This document shows, one piece after another, positions 35,701 to 44,306 of a stretch of 56,042 nt of DNA. Position 1 is the stretch's first letter; every line of letters begins with the position of its first letter. This DNA is from Opitutaceae bacterium. Its GTDB lineage: Bacteria; Verrucomicrobiota; Verrucomicrobiia; Opitutales; Opitutaceae. The stretch spans positions 1 to 56,042 of the forward strand of contig DATJPQ010000254.1 in the NCBI GenBank assembly GCA_035506315.1, given 5' to 3'. A program made the position numbers and the translations under genes. A model generated the notes under the pieces. It was given only the letters and a program-made list of their open reading frames with translations, made no database searches and was not told the DNA's origin.

Positions 35701-37227
35701 TTATTGTTTTGGCGCCGCTTCGCCGCGGATACTCTGGAAAAGCGATTGATACTGCTCGTCGAGTTTGCCGAGACCATCGACCTTCGCTCTCGCGAGCGCG
35801 GCCTTTTCGTCGGCCGCCACTTGATCGACCACGGATTGGATCAGCGCGTTCCGTTCGGGATGTTGGCGGACCTGATCAAGGAGTGGGACGAGCAGGTCGA
35901 GCTTGCCGGCATCGGCTAGCTTCTTGCGCTCGGCTTCAAATTTCATGATGGCGGTCTTGTGCACGTCGGCAAGGCCCTGGTAGTAATCGAGGGCGGCCCT
36001 CGCCGTAATGTCGGCAAGCCGTTGATCGATCTGCCGCCGGTAGGCCGTGTCGGTGTTGTAGCGGTCGAACAATTCGGGCGCGAATTGCCGGACTGTGCTT
36101 GCATTGAGCGCCGCGCGCTCGGTTGCGGCAGGCAGCAATTGATCGGTGGGCTGGGCGCGAACCTCGGTCGCGCGCCGCCGTACCCAGGCATCCCACGCCT
36201 TGATCTGTTCCTGCATGTTCGCCTCTTCCCGCAACGGATTCAGCCACGGATGCTCGGGATTCCCGGGGAAGGGCCTGGTCGAAGTTTCGGGATATGGACT
36301 GGTGTCTGCGCTGCCGGGGAAAAGGTATTCCTTTATCTCCGCCGCCGGAGATTGCGTGCGGTTGGCGGTCGCATCCTGCGACCGAAGGAGTGCCGGAGTT
36401 GCGTTGGTGTTATCGAGGGGGACCGGCGGGGGCGTGCGAGAGGTGTCAAAACCGAGCCGTGCTTTCGCGGAGGCGTCTTCCAAGACCGGCGATTTTGCCG
36501 CCGCCTGCGAAGTCTCGGCCGTCTTCTTCAGTTGTGAAAGTGAGCCATCCAGTCCTTTTAAGCCCAAGGCGTTTGCGTTCGAACCGCCGACACCTCTCAG
36601 ACCGGACCCATTGCCGTCATTAAGACCTCTGAGCCCGGGACTGGTGTCGGAAATGCCCCTCATGCCATTCAGGGCCTCCTGTCTGGTTCGATTGAAATCG
36701 GCTTGTCTGCGGCTGGCTTCTGCTTGGTTCTGTCGCTGTTGCTCTTGGTCGGCTCGTTGCTGCGCATCCGTCGCTTTGTCGAGATTGTCGCGAATAGTCT
36801 GGTCGCCCGGTGCCAGTTCCAGGGCGGCATTAAAGGCGTCGATGGCGGCCTGCCAGTCGCGATCGTTGCAGTGCTCGACGCCCTCTTCGTTGAGGTCGTG
36901 CGCCCGCGCGCGACGTTGTTGTGCGGCGATCTCTTCGGCGGACGGTCCGGAAGACCCTGGTTGGGACCCGCCGGAATCTGACCCCGTGATTTGCGCGCGA
37001 CCTTGGAAGAGACGGCCGTTGACCTCTTGGGCGGCAGCACGAGTGCGAAACGGGCCAAGGCGCGACGTGCCAGCTGAACGCTGTGCCACGGCTGGGACTT
37101 CAATCCACCAGTCCGCATAGGTACTGGCCGTACATCCGAACATGGCAAGAGCTACCAAAAATCTTAACTGGCGATGCTTGGGCAGACCCTCTCCTCCGCG
37201 GCCTGGAACTACCCGATTTGCTTTCAT
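35701..37227 (-). CDS. Hypothetical exported/lipoprotein-like protein with one TPR-like unit and long Gln/Arg/Ala-rich coiled-coil and low-complexity regions (508 aa)
   Basis: N-terminus MKANRVV...LRFLVALAMFGCTAST (weak lipobox). AIDAFNAALELAPGDQTIRDNLDKA. Charged helical stretches (QQRADQEQQRQNQAEASRRQADFNR). It lies 15 nt upstream of the ankyrin gene, co-oriented. Confidence 0.6.
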   Translation of the reverse strand: MKANRVVPGRGGEGLPKHRQLRFLVALAMFGCTASTYADWWIEVPAVAQRSAGTSRLGPFRTRAAAQEVNGRLFQGRAQITGSDSGGSQPGSSGPSAEEIAAQQRRARAHDLNEEGVEHCNDRDWQAAIDAFNAALELAPGDQTIRDNLDKATDAQQRADQEQQRQNQAEASRRQADFNRTRQEALNGMRGISDTSPGLRGLNDGNGSGLRGVGGSNANALGLKGLDGSLSQLKKTAETSQAAAKSPVLEDASAKARLGFDTSRTPPPVPLDNTNATPALLRSQDATANRTQSPAAEIKEYLFPGSADTSPYPETSTRPFPGNPEHPWLNPLREEANMQEQIKAWDAWVRRRATEVRAQPTDQLLPAATERAALNASTVRQFAPELFDRYNTDTAYRRQIDQRLADITARAALDYYQGLADVHKTAIMKFEAERKKLADAGKLDLLVPLLDQVRQHPERNALIQSVVDQVAADEKAALARAKVDGLGKLDEQYQSLFQSIRGEAAPKQ

Positions 37228-37704
37228 CCAAGGCCCCCGATCAATCCACGAACGGTCATTTTCATCGTCGGGTTTCTTTCAGTCGGATACGGGAAAAGTG
37301 GAGTGCTAAAGGATAACTGCCCGGCCGCAAGAACCGGCCGCCGCGACCAATGCAACGTCACGTGGTTCCGTTCCCTGCACTACTTCATCCATTCTCATGT
37401 GTGCACGGCTGATCCGTGCAATGTGGTGGAGCCGCGCTGGGCGAACTAGGCTAAAAACTGCGCATTTATTGCTGCGCGTGGATTGACCTGTGGCCGATAT
37501 AAGCCCTTTTCAAGGGCCCAAATATCGAGTGTCGCGTTTCGTGTTCTGAGTGGCCAGCCCTACATCCGTGCCCATCCGTTCAATCTGCGGTCGGTCCGCA
37601 ATGCCGCCATCTGGCCGATCCGGAAAATAGCGCCCATTAGTGTTCATTAGTGGTTAGAATCCGTTCGATTTCTATCGGTTGCGGCCGGGGCCGCGCTCGG
37701 AGAT

Positions 37705-37720
37705 TGATTTATCGGTAAAC
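37705..37720 (+). promoter_or_regulatory. Candidate LacI-family operator (TGATTTATCGGTAAAC)
   Basis: Imperfect palindrome TTTAYCGRTAAA with a central CG, 37 nt upstream of the MFS start codon. It matches 14/16 positions of the site at 39460-39475. Confidence 0.4.
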
Positions 37721-37756
37721 GCTCTCCAGCTTCCGTCCCTCACCTCCCCCAAATTC

Positions 37757-39310
37757 ATGGAAAACGCCCCCCCCGCCGCCGTCCCGCAAGCCAGACCGTC
37801 GCACACTACCGCCCCGGAGGATCGCGTGCCGATGGCGCAAAAACTCGGCTACGGCCTCGGCACGTTGCACGACATGTGGGGCCACTGGCTGTACCCCAAC
37901 CTGGGGTTCCAGGTGTACAATATCTTCCTCGGCGTGGCGCCGTGGCTGATCGGCCTGGCGCTCATGCTCAACCGGCTCTTCGACGCGATTTCGGATCCAT
38001 TCTTTGGCTGGTTGTCGGACAACACCCGGACGCGCTGGGGCCGGCGGCGCCCTTTTATCCTGATCGGCGGCATCACCGCAGGCGTCGCCCTGCCATTTTT
38101 GCTGGCAGTGACGCCAGGGTGGGGGAGCACGCACCTTTTCGGTGCGGAAATCTCCAATTACTTCTGGTTCATGCTGGGCTCGTCGGCGCTGTTCCTGCCG
38201 ATCATGAGCTGCATCAACATGCCGTGGAACAGCCTCGGCCAGGAGATGACGCCGGACTACCACGAACGCACGAGCGTGTGGTCGTTCCGCAATGCCGTGC
38301 AGAAGCTGCCCGAGCTCGGGCTGTTCTTCGCGGCGCAGTTCATGACGATGGCGGTGTGGGTCGGCGCGACGAACCGCAACATCTTCGAGCGCCTGAAGCA
38401 GCTGTTCACCACCACGGGCGCCTGGCACGCGGCGCCGGAAGGGACGAAACCCAACATCCTCCTCGGGGCGCAGGTCTATTGTTCCGGGCTCGGCATTCTC
38501 ATGATCATCGCGGCCATCGTGATGTTCTTCGTGCTGAGGGAGCGCTACTACGGCCAGGTCGTCGCGCGAAAGCAGGAGAAGATCGCGCTCAAGGAAACCC
38601 TTTATCTGACGCTGAAGTGCCGGCCGTTCCGCATGCAGCTCTTCATGAAGCTGCCGTACGCCATGGGTACCAGCATGGTCAGCGCGCTCGGCTATTACGA
38701 CACGATCTATTACGTCTGCAAAGGCAACAACGCCGAGGGCGCCGTGTGGAATTTCCGGATGGGGCTGGCCGGAATGGTCTTCGGGTTCCTCGGCATCCCG
38801 ACCTTCGCCTTCATTTCCCGCCGGCTCGGCAAGCGCGGCGGGGTAATGGCCGTCCTGGGTACGGCTCTCGTGGTGTTCTTCGCCAGCTGGTGGCTGTACA
38901 ATCCCGAAATCCGCTGGCTGCAGATCTTCGCCACCGGCTTCATCGCCTTCACCGGCGCCGGATTCTGGATGCTCGACGGCGCGATCGGTGCCGACGTGAT
39001 CGATTACGATGAACTCGCAACGGGCAAACGCCGCGAAGGCGCGTTCACCGCGTGCGGCTCCTGGATCATGAAGGTGGGTCAGGCGCTCGGGGCCGGGGCT
39101 TCCGGCGTCATTCTTTCGCTCACCGGATTCGATGCGACGCTGGCGAGCGGCCAGTCCAGTTTCACGATCTTCATGATCCGGTTCCTGTTCGCCGCCGTGC
39201 CGATCGCCGGCATCGCACTCGCCCTGGTGATGATCTACTACTTCCCGCTCACGCCGAAAAAGATGGCCGAGATCCGCCAGCAGCTCGAGGCGCGCCGCGG
39301 CAAGGTCTGA
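37757..39310 (+). CDS. MFS glycoside-pentoside-hexuronide (GPH) family symporter
   Basis: 517 aa from ATG 37757 (MENAPPAAV...). Hydrophobic throughout. GPH-type motif FDAISDPFFGWLSDNTRTRWGRRRPF. Confidence 0.8.
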   Translation: MENAPPAAVPQARPSHTTAPEDRVPMAQKLGYGLGTLHDMWGHWLYPNLGFQVYNIFLGVAPWLIGLALMLNRLFDAISDPFFGWLSDNTRTRWGRRRPFILIGGITAGVALPFLLAVTPGWGSTHLFGAEISNYFWFMLGSSALFLPIMSCINMPWNSLGQEMTPDYHERTSVWSFRNAVQKLPELGLFFAAQFMTMAVWVGATNRNIFERLKQLFTTTGAWHAAPEGTKPNILLGAQVYCSGLGILMIIAAIVMFFVLRERYYGQVVARKQEKIALKETLYLTLKCRPFRMQLFMKLPYAMGTSMVSALGYYDTIYYVCKGNNAEGAVWNFRMGLAGMVFGFLGIPTFAFISRRLGKRGGVMAVLGTALVVFFASWWLYNPEIRWLQIFATGFIAFTGAGFWMLDGAIGADVIDYDELATGKRREGAFTACGSWIMKVGQALGAGASGVILSLTGFDATLASGQSSFTIFMIRFLFAAVPIAGIALALVMIYYFPLTPKKMAEIRQQLEARRGKV

Positions 39311-39459
39311 ACTGTCGGCCCGGCCGCGACCGCTCCCATCCTCCCCATGCACGTCAACGGCTCCCGGGCGGATGCTCCCGGCCACGACCATCCCGCGGCG
39401 GGCAGGCGGCGCGGGGCGGCCGGATTTTCGCGTCCCGGCAAAAATAGCATTGCCAATGG

Positions 39460-39475
39460 TGATTTAACGATAAAC
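39460..39475 (+). promoter_or_regulatory. Candidate LacI-family operator (TGATTTAACGATAAAC)
   Basis: 26 nt upstream of the GH31 (YicI-like) start codon. 14/16 identical to 37705-37720. A LacI-family regulator gene lies just downstream of the GH31 gene. Confidence 0.4.
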
Positions 39476-39500
39476 CTAGTTCCACCCTTGCTCCCCCGCC

Positions 39501-41852
39501 ATGAAATTTACTGACGGCAATTGGCTGCTCCAGCCCGGCGTTCAGGCGCATTATGCGGCCGAAGCCCACACGGTCATCGTCGAGGGCGACGAGCTGGTCG
39601 TGCATGCGCCCACGCGGCGGATTCACCACCGGTACGAAACGCTGCAGGGTCCGCTGCTCACCGTCCGGCTGAGTTCGCCGCTGCCCGATGTCATCAAGGT
39701 GAGCGTCGTACATTTCGCCGGCACGGCCGACCGGGGACCGCAGATCCCGCTGGCACCGGCGTCCGGATTGCCCGTGGTCGTCACGAATGATGCCGAGGCG
39801 GCGGTGCTGCGCTCCGGCGACCTGGCGGTGCGCGTGGCCCGGAAGGACGGGTGGAACATGTCGTTTGCCGCCGGCGACGATGTGCTCACGCGCAGCGAAG
39901 AGCGGAGCCTGGGTTATGTCCGGTGGGAGGGCCAGGGCGGCTTCCTGCACGGGCAGCTCTCGCTCGGGGTGGGCGAATGCGTCTATGGCCTCGGCGAGCG
40001 ATTCACGGCATTCGTGAAAAACGGCCAGGTCGTCGAAAACTGGAACAAGGACGGCGGTACCGGCAGCGACCAGGCCTACAAGGCGGTGCCGTTCTACCTG
40101 ACCAACCGCGGCTACGGTGTGCTGGTGAACGAGACCGGCCCGGTTTCGTTCGAGGTCGCCTCGGAAAAGGTCTCGCGGGTGCAGTTCAGCCTGCCGGGCG
40201 AGCGCCTCGAATATTTCGTGATCTACGGCCCGACGCCGCTGGACGTGCTGCGCAAGCTCACGGCGTTGACCGGCCGGCCGGCGCTGCCGCCCGCGTGGTC
40301 CTTCGGCCTGTGGCTCACGACGTCGTTCACGACGGATTACGACGAGGCCACGGTCACGCGTTTCATCGACGGCATGAAGCAGCGCGACCTGCCGCTGCAC
40401 GTCTTTCATTTCGACTGCTTCTGGATGCGCGAATTCAATTGGTGCGACTTCCAGTGGGACCCGCGCACCTTCCCCGACCCGGCGGGATTGTTGCGGCGGC
40501 TCCATGAGCGCGGGCTGAAAATCTGCGTCTGGATCAACCCCTATATCGCCCAGCGTTCCGCGCTTTTTGCCGAGGCCCAGCGCGCGGGTTACCTGCTGAA
40601 AAAGGCCGATGGCAGCGTCTGGCAGACCGACCAGTGGCAGCCTGGCATGGGCATCGTGGACTTCACCCATCCCGACGCGTGCCGGTGGTTCGCCGGGCAG
40701 CTGCGGCGGTTGCTCGCGCTGGGCGTCGATTGTTTCAAGACCGACTTCGGCGAACGCATTCCGACGGACGTGGTGTATCACGACGGCTCCGATCCGGTGA
40801 AGATGCACAACCACTATCCGATTCTCTACAACGAGACGGTTTTCCACCTGCTGGAAGAAGTGCGCGGGAAGGGCGACGCCGTGGTCTTCGCCCGCTCGTC
40901 GTACGCCTCGGGGCAGCGCCTGCCGGTGCATTGGGGGGGCGACTGCCATTCGACGTTCGAGTCGATGGCGGAAAGCCTGCGCGGCGGACTCTCGCTCGGT
41001 CTCTGCGGTTTTGGGTTCTGGAGCCACGACATCGGAGGATTCGAGGGCCTGCCCGATCCGGCGGTCTACAAGCGCTGGGTGGCGTTCGGGCTGATGTCGT
41101 CGCACAGCCGCCTGCACGGCAGCACGTCCTACCGGGTGCCGTGGAATTATAACGACGAGGCGTGCGACGTCGTGCGGTTTTTCACGAAGCTGAAATGCCG
41201 CCTCATGCCCTATCTGTATGGCGCCGCGGTGGAGGCCCACGACGAGGGCAAGCCGATGATGCGGGCGATGCTGCTGGAGTTTCCCGACGATCCGGCGTGC
41301 CACCATCTCGACCGGCAATATCTCCTCGGCGGCTCGCTGCTCGTGGCCCCGGTGCTCAGCGAGACCGGCGCAGTCGCTTATTATCTGCCGGCGGGCGCCT
41401 GGACAAATCTGCTCACGGGTGAGGTGCGCAACGGCGGGCAGTGGTGCCGCGAACAGCATGGCTTCCTCAGCCTGCCGCTCTGGGTGCGGCCGGGAACGGT
41501 CCTCGCCGTCGGCGCGCGCGACCACCGGCCGGATTACGACTTTGCCGACGGCGTCACCTTTCGCGTCTACGAGCTTGCGGATCAGGCGGAGGCGGCCTGC
41601 ACCGTGCCGTCGATGACGGGCGCCGTGGCCCTGCGTTGCGTCGTACGGCGGTCCGGGCGCCGGATTGTGGCGACCGTGGAAGGTCCCGCGGCGGGTCGCT
41701 GGCAGCTCCAGCTGGCCGGCGTGCGCGAGGTGACTCCCGGCAAACAATGCTCGGCGATCCCCGACCCGCTCGGAGTGATCGTTTGCCCCGCCGCTGGCGT
41801 GACCAGCTTTTCGGTCAGCCTGCCCGCTGACCCCATCTCCGCGGATAAATAA
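39501..41852 (+). CDS. GH31 alpha-xylosidase, YicI-like, cytoplasmic
   Basis: 783 aa. N-terminus MKFTDGNWLLQPGV as in E. coli YicI. Nucleophile region CFKTDFGERIP and HWGGDCHSTFESM. No signal peptide. Confidence 0.85.
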   Translation: MKFTDGNWLLQPGVQAHYAAEAHTVIVEGDELVVHAPTRRIHHRYETLQGPLLTVRLSSPLPDVIKVSVVHFAGTADRGPQIPLAPASGLPVVVTNDAEAAVLRSGDLAVRVARKDGWNMSFAAGDDVLTRSEERSLGYVRWEGQGGFLHGQLSLGVGECVYGLGERFTAFVKNGQVVENWNKDGGTGSDQAYKAVPFYLTNRGYGVLVNETGPVSFEVASEKVSRVQFSLPGERLEYFVIYGPTPLDVLRKLTALTGRPALPPAWSFGLWLTTSFTTDYDEATVTRFIDGMKQRDLPLHVFHFDCFWMREFNWCDFQWDPRTFPDPAGLLRRLHERGLKICVWINPYIAQRSALFAEAQRAGYLLKKADGSVWQTDQWQPGMGIVDFTHPDACRWFAGQLRRLLALGVDCFKTDFGERIPTDVVYHDGSDPVKMHNHYPILYNETVFHLLEEVRGKGDAVVFARSSYASGQRLPVHWGGDCHSTFESMAESLRGGLSLGLCGFGFWSHDIGGFEGLPDPAVYKRWVAFGLMSSHSRLHGSTSYRVPWNYNDEACDVVRFFTKLKCRLMPYLYGAAVEAHDEGKPMMRAMLLEFPDDPACHHLDRQYLLGGSLLVAPVLSETGAVAYYLPAGAWTNLLTGEVRNGGQWCREQHGFLSLPLWVRPGTVLAVGARDHRPDYDFADGVTFRVYELADQAEAACTVPSMTGAVALRCVVRRSGRRIVATVEGPAAGRWQLQLAGVREVTPGKQCSAIPDPLGVIVCPAAGVTSFSVSLPADPISADK

Positions 41853-41903
41853 AGCCGGGCGGGCGACCCTGCTGGGGGCAGGGTTGATTCGCCCGTTGGT
41901 CAG

Positions 41904-41940
41904 GGCCGCGCCGGAAAACCCGGCGCGGCCTTGGCTTTTA
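41904..41940 (+). terminator. Rho-independent terminator after the YicI-like GH31 gene
   Basis: Perfect 11-bp stem GGCCGCGCCGG/CCGGCGCGGCC (41904-41914 and 41920-41930), loop AAAAC, followed by TTGGCTTTTA. Confidence 0.7.
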
Positions 41941-42099
41941 ACTTGAATCCGGCGACTCTGCCGGAGAGACCTGCTGGCCGTTTCGCGTGCTCCAGACCCC
42001 GGGTCCCTCGACAGGCTCTGGACCTTGAGCTTGTCGAAACGGCCAGTCGAAGAGCCGGCGCGGCCCCGGCTGGCTCCGATGGAAAATTAGTATTAGGAT

Positions 42100-43212
42100 A
42101 TGACCCAAAATCTGAGGAAAAAAACGGCCCGGGCGGCAACCCTGGCGGATGTCGGTCGGGCCGCGGGCGTGTCCGCCATGGCCGCTTCCGCCGTGCTCAA
42201 CGCGGCGCGCACCTCGTCGCGCATCGCGCCCGAGACGCGCGAGCGCATCCTGCAGGCGGCGGCGCGGCTGCATTACCGGCCCAACGCCGCTGCGCGCGCC
42301 CTGGCCAACCGCCGGATGAACACGATCGGCGTCGCGGTCGTCATCTCCGACGGCGAGCTCAACCACTATTTTCTCGAAATCTTCAACGGCATCCTCGAAG
42401 CCGCGGCCCGTCGCGAACAGAACACCACCGTGTTCACGCTGCACGACTGGGGCCGCGATCCGGCGCGGCTGCACGGGATGTGCGACGGCCGGATCGACGG
42501 CCTGATCCTCATCGGGCCGACGCTGCGGCGCGAGGCGGCCAAACTGTTGCCCGCGCACACGCCGTTCGTCGCCATTCATGCGAACGTGGCGTTGCCCTCC
42601 GTGGTCAACATCGAGACCGACGAGGAGAGCGGCGCCTACGAGATGGTGCGCCACCTCATCGCCCAGGGGCACCGGCGCATCATGCACATCACGGGCAATC
42701 CGACGTTGATCGGCGCCAAGCGGCGCATCCGCGGCTACCGCCGGGCGCTCGCGGGCGCCCGCATCCGGTTCGATGACGACCTGCTCGTGCCCGGCCAATA
42801 CAATCTGAAGGTCGGCCGCAATGCCTTGCGCGCCTGGCTCAGGCGGCATGTCGGCCAGCCGTTGCCGCACGCCGTCTTCTGCGCCAGCGACGAAATTGCC
42901 TCCGGCTGCCTGGAAGCGCTTGCCGAGGTGGGGCTGCGCGTGCCGGACGACATTTCCGTAACGGGGTTCGACGACACCCTCGCGGCGCGTACGACGGTGC
43001 CGCAGCTCACGACGGTGCGCCAGCCGTTGCGGGCGATGGGCCACCGGGCGGTGGAGGTGCTGCTCGATCGGATCGCGGAGCAGAACGGCGAAAGCGCTCC
43101 CGTGCCGATCAATCCGGTGGTGTTTCCGGTCGATCTCGTGCCGCGGGCATCGGTCGGCGCCCCGCCGGTGGCGCAGCGCATCGTGCCCCCGCCGCGCCGG
43201 ATCCACGCCTAG
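42100..43212 (+). CDS. LacI-family transcriptional regulator
   Basis: N-terminal HTH ATLADVGRAAGVSAMAASAVLN...RIAPETRERILQAAARLHYRPNAAARALA followed by a periplasmic-binding-protein-like sugar-sensor domain. Confidence 0.85.
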   Translation: MTQNLRKKTARAATLADVGRAAGVSAMAASAVLNAARTSSRIAPETRERILQAAARLHYRPNAAARALANRRMNTIGVAVVISDGELNHYFLEIFNGILEAAARREQNTTVFTLHDWGRDPARLHGMCDGRIDGLILIGPTLRREAAKLLPAHTPFVAIHANVALPSVVNIETDEESGAYEMVRHLIAQGHRRIMHITGNPTLIGAKRRIRGYRRALAGARIRFDDDLLVPGQYNLKVGRNALRAWLRRHVGQPLPHAVFCASDEIASGCLEALAEVGLRVPDDISVTGFDDTLAARTTVPQLTTVRQPLRAMGHRAVEVLLDRIAEQNGESAPVPINPVVFPVDLVPRASVGAPPVAQRIVPPPRRIHA

Positions 43213-43213
43213 G

Positions 43214-43256
43214 AGAGTTTGTCGGATGAGGCGTTCCACTTCATCCGACAAACTCT
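43214..43256. terminator. Bidirectional terminator hairpin between convergent LacI and SGNH genes
   Basis: Perfect 16-bp stem AGAGTTTGTCGGATGA/TCATCCGACAAACTCT (43214-43229 and 43241-43256) with an 11-nt loop. It touches both stop codons (TAG 43210-43212; TAA 43256-43258 on the minus strand). Confidence 0.7.
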
Positions 43257-44191
43257 TACTTCATCAATTCGGCGAGCGGTTCTTTGACGGCTGCGGCCCA
43301 GATCTCGTAGCCTTTTTCAGTGGGATGCAGTTTGTCGGACATGATGTCCGGCGGGATCTGGCCGTCGGCATCGAGGAGCTTGGCGCCGATATCGAGATAG
43401 AACACGTTTTTGCCGTCGTGCAGCTTCGCGATGATGGCATTGGCGTCGAGGACCGTCTTCCGGATGTCGTCGCCCGGGTTGGCGCGCGGGAAGATGCCGA
43501 GCAGCAGGATTTTTGCGGCGGGGAAATGCCGGCGCAATTCCAGGACCACCGCGCCGACGGCCTCGGCGATTTCCGCCGAGGGAGAGCCGAAGATGACGTT
43601 GTTGGTGCCGATCAACAGCATGATGGCTTTGGGCTGGAAGCCCTCGCCCTCGCCGTGGCGGAGACGGTAAAGCACCCCCTGGGTCGTGTCGCCGCCGATG
43701 CCGAAGTTCGCGGTCTTCATCGCGCCGTAATATTTGTCGAAAACCGCCTTGCCGGAGAAAGGTGGATTCACCACGCCGGCGGGGCCCGCGTTGCGCCAGA
43801 GATCGGTGATGGAATCACCCATGAAAAGGAGGTCGACGTCGCCCTGTTTGGCGCGCGCAAGGTTGGCTTCGTGCTTGGCGCGAAAATCCGGATTGAGGAT
43901 GGGCAGGAGACCGGGGTTCGCGCGAGGAGGGCGGACGGCGAGCATGTCGGGATATTTGGCAAGGATGGCCTTGGTGGCGAGATCGGCCTGCGCCAGGAAC
44001 CGCTGCAGGTTGTCGGTCACCACGGCCACCTCGGCGGGCGTGGGCCGGGAGATGGCCACCGCGGCGGGAACCGGAGCCGGGACAAGTGCCGCCGCCGCGG
44101 CGTCGGCCGCCCGTCCGGACGGGACACCCAGGGCGAGTGAACCCAGCAGTGAAAGTGCAGTGAGCCGACGAATAAAAGCAGGGGAGTACAT
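43256..44191 (-). CDS. SGNH/GDSL-family hydrolase (carbohydrate esterase-like), exported
   Basis: Signal peptide MYSPAFIRRLTALSLLGSLALGVPSGRA. Four SGNH blocks: LFMGDSITDLW, GIGGDTT, LLIGTNN, DKLHPTEKGY. Confidence 0.8.
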   Translation of the reverse strand: MYSPAFIRRLTALSLLGSLALGVPSGRAADAAAAALVPAPVPAAVAISRPTPAEVAVVTDNLQRFLAQADLATKAILAKYPDMLAVRPPRANPGLLPILNPDFRAKHEANLARAKQGDVDLLFMGDSITDLWRNAGPAGVVNPPFSGKAVFDKYYGAMKTANFGIGGDTTQGVLYRLRHGEGEGFQPKAIMLLIGTNNVIFGSPSAEIAEAVGAVVLELRRHFPAAKILLLGIFPRANPGDDIRKTVLDANAIIAKLHDGKNVFYLDIGAKLLDADGQIPPDIMSDKLHPTEKGYEIWAAAVKEPLAELMK

Positions 44192-44306
44192 GCGTCACTT
44201 GTTCCTCCTGCCGGGTGATAGCGCAAATAAAAATCCACCGCAGCCTGGCTTGGCCTCCTTCGCATTCATCCGTTGATGTCATCACCCGACCCGATCACGG
44301 CACTTA

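Noticed and set aside
4-37655. The perfect 26-nt inverted copies at 4-29 and 37630-37655 as terminal inverted repeats of a 37.6-kb composite mobile element or genomic island.
   Set aside because: A further copy of the same word array lies inside at 31491-31521, so the sequence belongs to a dispersed short-repeat family. There is no transposase or integrase, no tRNA target and no flanking direct repeats.
39354-41747. A 797-aa ORF antisense to the YicI-like GH31 gene. Similar long antisense ORFs occur at 442-2007, 4308-5792, 10651-12093, 14396-16627, 16714-18588, 20590-21540, 23391-25601, 25627-27567, 28721-30241, 31652-32995, 37709-39391, 41938-43251, 44382-45881, 46094-48340, 49071-50261 and 51902-53995.
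   Set aside because: All lie opposite ORFs with strong family motifs. Their translations are Arg/Gly/Ala/Asp/Pro-rich with no motifs, which is typical of shadow ORFs in high-GC DNA where stop codons are rare on the antisense strand.
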